DNA of 64,000 nucleotides from Eledone cirrhosa (taxonomy: Eukaryota), in NCBI GenBank assembly GCA_964016885.1, contig OZ024741.1, positions 203,298,001 through 203,362,000 on the forward strand. Direction: 5' to 3'. Every line of letters begins with the position of its first letter. The stretch's first letter is position 1. The notes under the pieces were generated by a model that saw only the letters and a list, made by a program, of their open reading frames with translations, was not told where the DNA came from and made no database searches. Shown in pieces: positions 55,701 through 64,000 of this stretch. Both the position numbers and the translations under genes were made by a program.

Positions 55701-56429
55701 TACATATATATATAGTTCAAAGAAACGACAAAACAGAGATAGAAAAAGTCGTATTAGTTTCACGCTATATATGGAATAGTGGAAAGAAAGTTCAAAGTAA
55801 AGGAGTTAATCCAGAATGGCAGAACTTAAGTTCAAAACAGGAATTAACAACAAAAAGCGAAATAGAGACAATAGAACGGAGGTTACAGCAATAAATTAAT
55901 ATGAATTAAAAGTGACAAAGGTGCTGTGTGGATACTAATAAAGATTGTTTAGAAAATGTAAGAGAAACACAAACATAAGGACAATTCCTGCTCTTTGGCT
56001 GTCTGTTGTGAGTCGCTTCTTCCTTTCTCCCTCTTTCTCTTCCTTTCTTTCTCTCCCACTCACTTATTCCTTCTCTCTCTCTCTCTCTCACTCACTTATT
56101 CCTTTTTATAAGTTTTGCTGATAATCCTCAGGGAAATATGTATAACAGAGTTTTGAATAAACCTGAATCAACAGAATATGGCCTCCTATCTTGTAATAAT
56201 AATTGTTTCTACTATTGGCACAAGGCCACCAATTACCCAGTGCATTACTGGTACTTTATTTTATCGACCCACGTAAGGATGGAAGGCAAAATTAATCTTG
56301 GCGGGATTTGAACTCAGAATGGAAAGGGCCGTAACTCTATGCGTCTAATAATAATAATAATAATAATAATATATATATCTATATGTGTGTGTGTGTGTGT
56401 GTACGGTATATAAGTGGAAGTTATTTACA

Positions 56430-57030
56430 CCCGGCACCGTTGTTCTGCAGCGGGTCGATACACCCAGCATAGAAAAACTCATCATTCGTAACCAATTGCG
56501 GTGGGCAGGGCATTTAAGGCAAATGGAAGATGAGAGATATCCTATGCGAATTTGATATGGAGAGTTAACTTTTGGTAACCGCCACAGACACAAACCCGAG
56601 AAACCTTTCAGGGTTGTTGTTAAAATCAATCTGAAGAATCTTGGTATGAGTGTCGAGGATTGGGAAGTCTGGTTTATGATGGTTTAGGACTAAAAGGATT
56701 GAGCTTTCAGTGTTTAAAAGAGCACCCATGAAAAGTGATGCAGACTCAGTCTCGGTAGATGTCTATAAAATATGCAGAAAGTTTGTGTTGAGCTTGCTAG
56801 TAATTTAAGAGCTCACTACATGTCCGTTTTGCAACATGTGCTGCAGGACTCAAGCGGCATATGAGAGCTGGTAAGGAGCAAGTTACATTTAAGACAATCC
56901 AAGAGGCTTATGTGTGCTACATCTGTAAAAGTCTATGAGGGAGCGAAGCAGATTTCTAGTCATTAGCGGGCTCATGGCCGTTCAGCACAACGAGGAGAAT
57001 ATGGTCCCTATCTGTATAGAAGTGGCAGTT
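56430..57030 (+). mobile_element. RTE LINE 3' fragment
   Basis: SIEKLIIRNQLRWAGHLRQMEDERYP...YGEL..G.R, followed by degenerate Cys/His motifs. Confidence 0.8.
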
Positions 57031-57031
57031 A

Positions 57032-57089
<58 letters not shown>

Positions 57090-58981
57090 GCTTCATATGA
57101 TATGAAGCATACAATTGTTAATCGCTAGTTCTCAATATTCATACCCCATATCCCAATTTCTAACACTAATTTATACATTTTCCCATTTATTTTTATTATC
57201 TTTAATTGATGATTATGAAGTCTTAATTGTTGATTTTTAAGTTTTAATTTTTAGTTTTAATTCTAATTTTAATTTCCAATGTGAAATATTTATGTATGTA
57301 CCCTAGCATTAAGTAATATATTCACAAGGGCGGTGGATTGGCAGTATCACTAGAGGGTCGGATGCCATGCTTTGCAGTATAGGTTACGCCTCTTTACAGT
57401 CTGAGTTCAAATCCCGCCGAGGTTAACGATGCCTTTCATCCTTACGGGGTCGATAAAATAAAGTACCAGTAATACACTGGGATAATTGCTGGCCTTGTGC
57501 CATTAAATAGAAACAAGTTATATATTCACTTTGCGATCAACGGTCAATACATTGTCCCACCATAAACATGGGTAGTATTGACACATGTATCCTACCACCG
57601 GATTCTGGTGTCTACTAGACGCTGGACGAGCAGTAAGCTATAACGCTTTGGTTGAATTGAACTCTGTGACCGTGTCATTCCCACCGGCTGGGGTAGGAGG
57701 AGATTTAGATGCGGGAGTGGTAGTTAGATGGTCAACTTCCTCCACATTTGCGCCTGTACAAAGCTGTGGAGAGGAACGGACTGTAGCTACAACCTCATTT
57801 TTGTCCGTTCCCTTGTCTCTTATCTTTGGTATAGATTGCCTCAGAAACGTAATCCTATTACATAATGATGATGTCTGTTGTGATCACGTGACTGGTTACA
57901 TGATTGAACAATTACGTAGCCACGATCGTCATTGAAATATGTATCACAGCTTTGTTAATAAAGGACTCTGTTACATCTACAACAAACTTTGCATTTTCTT
58001 CATATATATGTGTATGTGATAATTGTAAATCGAACTTTAATTGTAGTACAACAAGTACTATTCGATTTATTTTATGTAATCACAAAGCACTCAATGGATC
58101 GAAAATTAAAGACAAACATTAAGTCCAGAGTTAAACACCGTAGTTATAAAATGTGACACCAAGAAAACCGACCGAAGGCACCAACTATACATACAGCAAA
58201 ATAACGACAGATACATAAAGGTTTTTCATACCTGGACCATCTCTGATTGATTAAAATCGATATAATCGATAAAATCTCAGATAGGTTTCTGGAACCCCTG
58301 GAAGTTATATAACAAGTTATATAATGCACAAGTAATACAAATTCGTCTTTATTAAAATTTCTTCAACTTTACAGATTCCACAGTATTTTTGTAGCAGTAT
58401 TTTTGTCTGTAGTCATGTAACCTTACTCAAAGAAGGAGATCAACTAGTCGAAATTTTTGCGGTTATTTATGTGAGTGTGTGTGTGTGTTTGAGACAGAGA
58501 GAGAAATAGGTATGTCTTTGAAGTAGATAGGGTTGTAAATATTGAGGTAACAAAATCCGATTGTGAATGAAAGTGGTGAGATTGAATGCAAAGAAGGGAA
58601 GAAGTGGAAGAAAATCAAGGACTAAAGATTATGTTACATTGGTAATATTTATTAGTTTCAGTATATTTCGAATGCACACCCATTAACAAAGAATGAGTTG
58701 GGAACCTCGAAGTATATTGGAGAGGAACTTTTCAGGCCTCTCTGTGGCTCGTATTGGAGTTATGACAGACTGAATTCTGCGCGTGCGCTTAACATGTGCA
58801 CGGGATCAACAGATTTTTGTATTTCTTCTCCCTTACTTCGCACTCTTTCTTTTAAATATCATCATCCGGCGGCCTCAGCCGAAATGGACTCAACAATTGA
58901 TCTCCACGTGGGTCTGTCGTTTATTGCCGTTGCCAAGTCCTGGATTTCAATATCAGAAGCTCTGGCGATGACATCGGGATA

Positions 58982-60735
58982 GGAGAGCTTGTTAAGACTG
59001 ATAAGATACATTACCAGAAGGGTATCTTTCAGGGTGATAGCTTGTCAGTGCTACTCTTCGTTCTCTCACTAAATCCACTATCTTACCTACTCAGGAAACA
59101 AGGTGGACAAAGAAGTGGGTCCAGAAGTATCTCCCATCTTTTCTTTGTTGATGACCTGAGGTTGTATGGACCAAATATCAATGATATCAAGAAACAATTG
59201 GACCTCATTACACAATTTTCAACAGACATCAAAACGAAATTTGGTGAGTCCAAGTGTGCATATTTGGCAGTAAAAAGTGGAAGAGCTGTGCCCTCCTCTA
59301 GAAATCTAGAGATGAACGGCCTGAAAATACAACCTCTACAGTCAGGTGACAACTTCAGATATCTTGGACAGGGTGAGAATGTCAGATATGATGGACCCAT
59401 AAATAAGGAGCGAACCAGAACTGAATACCTCAGAAGAGGAAAGAAAATATGGTCATCAGAACTGTCAGCGTACAACAAATACATTGCCCACAATACTTAT
59501 GCTGTGCCAATTCTAACGCCAACATTTGGCCTGCTGAACTGGTCATTGCAAGAACTAAGTGAGATGGATGTTAGAACTCGCAAACTACTCAGTGTTACTG
59601 GGAACTTTAACATCAATGGTGATGTGGATAGGCTATACTTCTCACGCAAGGAAGGTGGCCGGGGTCTCAAATCCATATTAACATCATATGAAACCCGGAT
59701 AGTAACACTGAAGCAACATCTTCAACAGAGGAAAAAGGTTGGCAACCATCTTGCCCAGGTTTATGACCATGAAGAAAAAAATATCATTATGATAGCACCT
59801 GATCTGGAGGAGAGATATGGAATAAAGCCTGATATAAGTCTCTCACCCAGAGAAATCGGAAGATCCTATTCAATGTTCAAACAAGATGAAAAAATTGACC
59901 AATTTACAGAAAAAGTTGTGCACGGATACTTGAGACGTAAAACACAGACCATAGAGGGGATAAACCACTCAAAAAGCCTGGCATGGAGTTCCGACAAGTT
60001 TATGACATCACACCTTGAGGGAACAAGAACTCCCAACCAAATATCTGCTGCACAAAAGAGGAGGGCCATCAGCTGACAATAAATGCAGGCTATGTAAAAC
60101 AAAGATCGAAGATGTAAGCCACATTGTTGCCAGCTACGAAAGAATGTCATCTCGCTACTACCTCCCCATGAGACACGATGGGATAGCTAGAACCATCTGG
60201 AACGCACTTCGGAAAACAAAATTGAAAACAAACGAGGAAGAGTATATTGAGACAGATGGCACTAAGGAATACTGGTGGAACCTGAAAATAAAAACTGCCA
60301 CTAAATTAAAGCACAACCGGCCTGATATTGTTGTTTGGGACCACACATTGAAAACGTGTTCTGTTGTGGAGATCAGCTGCCCACTTGATGTAAACGTTGT
60401 CAGAAAATTACAGAAGAAGGAGGACATCTACGGACCATTGATGAGGAGTTTACAAATCCAGTATCCAAGATACACCTTTAGCTTCATACCCATCATTATT
60501 GGAGCTACGGGTTATATACCAACCCGCTTGGACCAATGTATAACTGAACTTGGATTTGCGGACAAAGAGCGCAGCTTTAATTCATAGTCTACAAATGGCT
60601 GCGATAGCTGGCACCTTCAAAATTTGCAAAACATTCTTGCGATTCAAGGGATGACAATTTCTTTTCTTTTACAACCTTGCCACCAGGAAGGTGGCCGGTC
60701 AAACAAATATACTCGAAATTAAGAGAAAGAGATAA
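58982..60735 (+). mobile_element. 5'-truncated R4/Dong-clade non-LTR retrotransposon (RT + CCHC + RLE), frameshifted
   Basis: GIFQGDSLSVLLFVLSLNPLS; ISHLFFVDDLRLY; DRLYFSRKEGGRGL; CRLC...HI...RHD; NRPDIVVWD...VEISCP. Confidence 0.92.
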
Positions 60736-60777
60736 CATACATACATACACTCACATAGACACACACATATACATATA

Positions 60778-60810
<33 letters not shown>

Positions 60811-60811
<1 letters not shown>

Positions 60812-61415
60812 GTCAGGTCACCAGTTGGTGCTACTGGTAACATGTATCCCAGTACAACCTGTCTCATGGTCGGGTCGTTGGCGACTAAACTGGCAACCCC
60901 ACCAAGGTTTCTTGGTGAGGAGGGTGACTTTGGACATCCTGCAGGACTAAAAACAAAACCTGTCAAAGGGCAAGGGAGCTCTTAAGAGTCAATAGCCATC
61001 CAAAATCACCGGGAGAGATGACCCCTTAGCCTTTGTCAAGGCAGAATTCTAGGAGAAGGAAAACTCTGATATAACACCTGCAATCCTGATGGTATCCAAT
61101 GATGTTGACCTGTTCTTCTTTTTGGTAAATATCATCTTGGTTAAGAGAGTGGGACTGGCTTTGTGCAGTGCCTTTGCTCACTATAAAAGCTTCACAGCAC
61201 AGGCATTGCTTTATATCTGGAGATCTCTCTGCACTTGTCATCACATGGTACCATGGGCCCTGCACTATGTGTCAATAATGGTCACAAGTGTAGTCTTTGT
61301 ACCAGAGTTTTCAAGTCGCTGGTTGGACTAAAGTCACATTCGTTCAGCGCATCGGTAGGGGTTCTCCTACATGGATATAAAGTAGTGGCCGTACTCGAAA
61401 ACGAGTTGGCAGCCA

Positions 61416-61417
<2 letters not shown>
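60811..61417 (+). mobile_element. Second copy of the 42518 non-autonomous RTE-tailed element
   Basis: Same 5' start (gtcaggtcaccagttgg) and (TA)n flanks. Confidence 0.75.
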
Positions 61418-61475
<58 letters not shown>

Positions 61476-62565
61476 ATACACACATACACACTCATATAAA
61501 TACATAACCTGTTCAATTCCATACCTCATCGTTTACACATCATCTCATTGAATTTTCTTAGTTTACTTGGAAACAAAAATACGGAACTGACCTTCAGTAC
61601 CAAGGGAATTATGTTCCTATTACTCTTTCCATGGCTGATACTATCTGCCGGTCAATATACCTTGAATATTTATTAATATATTTCAAAGAAAGGGGTTGAT
61701 CATCAGATCAGATTAAGAAAACAATGTCTTTCCATTGAGTGTACTATGTTCATGTCATAACTCCTGGGCGAAAGATCTACATGAAATGAAGTATTTTTCT
61801 CAACACACCGCTAAGTGCAAGAATCGAACCCACAGCGTATGATTGTGAATCCAACACCTTAACCACTAGGTCAGGCACTTTCGCTTCGACGATTCCCCAA
61901 CAGGGCATTTCAGACCACACGAACTCTATAACGAATCCCATAACAATAGAATCCAATCTTGATATTGTCTTTTACATTTCCAAACAAAAGACATTTGATA
62001 TGTGACACTAAGACAGATTATTATAACCATAACATGATTATCAATTTCTAACAAGTATTTTATCTCTTTAAGAAACCTGGAGAACTACTTAAAAATGGTG
62101 AAATATTTCTATAAGTATTTGATACGAAATAAAACGAAATAAAACGAGGTTTTTTCTTACAGTATTTTTCGTAAGATTAATATTTTGATCCCCTAAAGAA
62201 TTGATCATTGAAATAGTTCCATTTTCTCATCAGACTTTTCGCCTCTTCACTGATATTGTGATTTTCAAAATGTCTGTTTTCTCATACTCTTTGCAAATAC
62301 CAAAAAACAAAACAAAAATAAAAACCCATAAATCAGCGACAAAATCGCGTGCTTACGCACACATATATACGCGCGCGCACACCACACACACACACACGCA
62401 CACGGACAGGCAAACACAGACACACACATATGTACATATATATATTTACTCACATTTATGTACATAAATATATACACAAGCCTTTCCTTTAGACAACACC
62501 ATAAGTAGTGTATATTAGGGGTGTAAATAAAAACATTACGATATGCCTACATACAATAAATATCC

Positions 62566-62895
62566 GAGAGCCCCGCTATCAAGGGAAAATATTTTTCCGT
62601 TGTGAAGAAAATATTTTTCTTTCTTTTGTTCTGTGAACATGTCACAAATATCTCAGTCGCCACTGAGAATGTCAGATTCAATAATCTCTCAGTGACATTC
62701 ACTCAATCAGTACTGAGATGAAAATAGACAAAAGCTTATATAGATTTTGTGTGAAAAAAATTTGCATGGAATCTTGAAACAGCTGTCTGGCATTCACATC
62801 AACTACTGAGATATTTGTGACATGTTCACCGAGCAAAAAAGAGAAAAATGTTTTCATAACGAAAAAAGATTTTTCTTTGATAGCGAGGATCTCAT
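62566..62895. mobile_element. MITE-like element with ~90-bp imperfect inverted repeats
   Basis: gctatcaa...gtgaacatgtcacaaatatctcagt matches actgagatatttgtgacatgttcac...ttgatagc. Confidence 0.65.
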
Positions 62896-62899
62896 GTTT

Positions 62900-63060
62900 A
62901 TCTATATATATAAAACTGAGTATGTGTGTATGTCCGTACCCACATAACTTCTCCAGTTCGCAACCGATTTTCTTCAAATTTGGAACAAACATGCGTTATG
63001 TTCCCAGAAGTGTTTTGGGCTTATAAAATGTTCAAGCTTTTGTCTAAGGCGGCCCCTAGA
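62900..63060 (+). mobile_element. Possible Helitron-type non-autonomous 5' end
   Basis: TCtatatatataaaa + gtatgt microrepeat + caaccgattttcttcaaatttgg. Confidence 0.45.
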
Positions 63061-63445
63061 TAAATATTGGTTGTTGGTCGCACGAAAACTACACACATAC
63101 ACACATATACATGCATCTAAAGAGAGAGGGATAGAGAGAGAGTGAGATAGGCTGTTATACAGAGAGAGGTACAAGATATTCAGATAGATAGATAGAGAGA
63201 GAATGGCGACGAACACTGGTTTACACACACATATATATAAGTATAATTTTAGCGAGATCGAATTTCGGCTGTGGTCGAAAACAAAGCGAAACGCAATATC
63301 CGAGTTATGCTGGCAAGCGCTCCATGGACCAAACAAAGACCAGAGCAATAAACATAGGTTATAAAGGCCAAACAAACTGAGATGTCGATCAAGAAGCCAT
63401 CAAACACCTAAGCCAAAAAGACGAGGCAAGCCAAACAGGTCAAAC

Positions 63446-63476
<31 letters not shown>

Positions 63477-63478
<2 letters not shown>

Positions 63479-63672
63479 GGAACCAGTAAGACCCCGACGG
63501 CTGAGCTCAAGCCGTTTCGACGGCTAATTCTGGAGTCCAGAATTAGCCGTCGAAACGGCTTGAGCTCAGCCGTCGGGGTCTTACTGGTTCCTATTACCCA
63601 CTCTACTACCCTAAGTATTGAGTACTTTGGTGCGTTATGGTCCACCTGGTTCCTTACCACATTTCCTTCGTT
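63477..63672. mobile_element. Twin of the 44971-45168 hairpin element
   Basis: Same ends; apex ctggagtccag versus ctggactcag. Confidence 0.75.
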
Positions 63673-63728
63673 ATATATATATATATATATTTATATGTAC
63701 ATATATATATATATATATATTTATATAT

Positions 63729-63790
<62 letters not shown>

Positions 63791-64000
63791 ACAGAGACAG
63801 AGAGATCGAGAGAGATCTGCGCGTTCTAGATTGTTCTCCATTCTGTAGAGAAAGAGAAAGAGAGTGGGGGGGATTGGGGAGGAGAGAAAATGATAGCAGC
63901 ATTCGATAACTTTAACTTTTATTTATTTATTCTTTACACACTATTCAACTTTCCTCCTTTCTCAACCTTACGCCTTTTTCTCTCTCTCTTTCTCACAAGA

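Noticed and set aside
57585-57935. Possible host exon (coding-like stretch on either strand)
   Set aside because: No recognisable domain or supportable splice structure.

Overview
Repeat-saturated, AT-rich eukaryotic DNA with no intact host gene. The SINE families and (TA)n/(CA)n density suggest an octopus or other cephalopod, which is an inference. Recognisable coding relics are two Penelope-like elements (PLEs; one apparently open RT ORF running off the left edge, one 5'-truncated RT+GIY-YIG copy), an R4/Dong-type RLE LINE, CRE and RTE fragments, a dead Tc1 transposase and a processed ZC3H15 pseudogene. The main unexplained structure is a hammerhead-ribozyme (HHR) system. (1) A ~466-495 bp non-coding unit carries a complete minimal type I HHR preceded by an octamer/PSE-like/TATA module. 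It forms tandem arrays at about 8 loci in 3 subfamilies, like a retrozyme. (2) At least 7 other short HHR-bearing families occur, including U3-A8 and CUGAAUGA core variants. (3) Most of these insertions sit in (TA)n and many are head-to-head palindromes with the inferred RNA 3' ends facing outward. One junction shows microhomology plus templated inserts. All coordinates were read by eye and boundaries are approximate.
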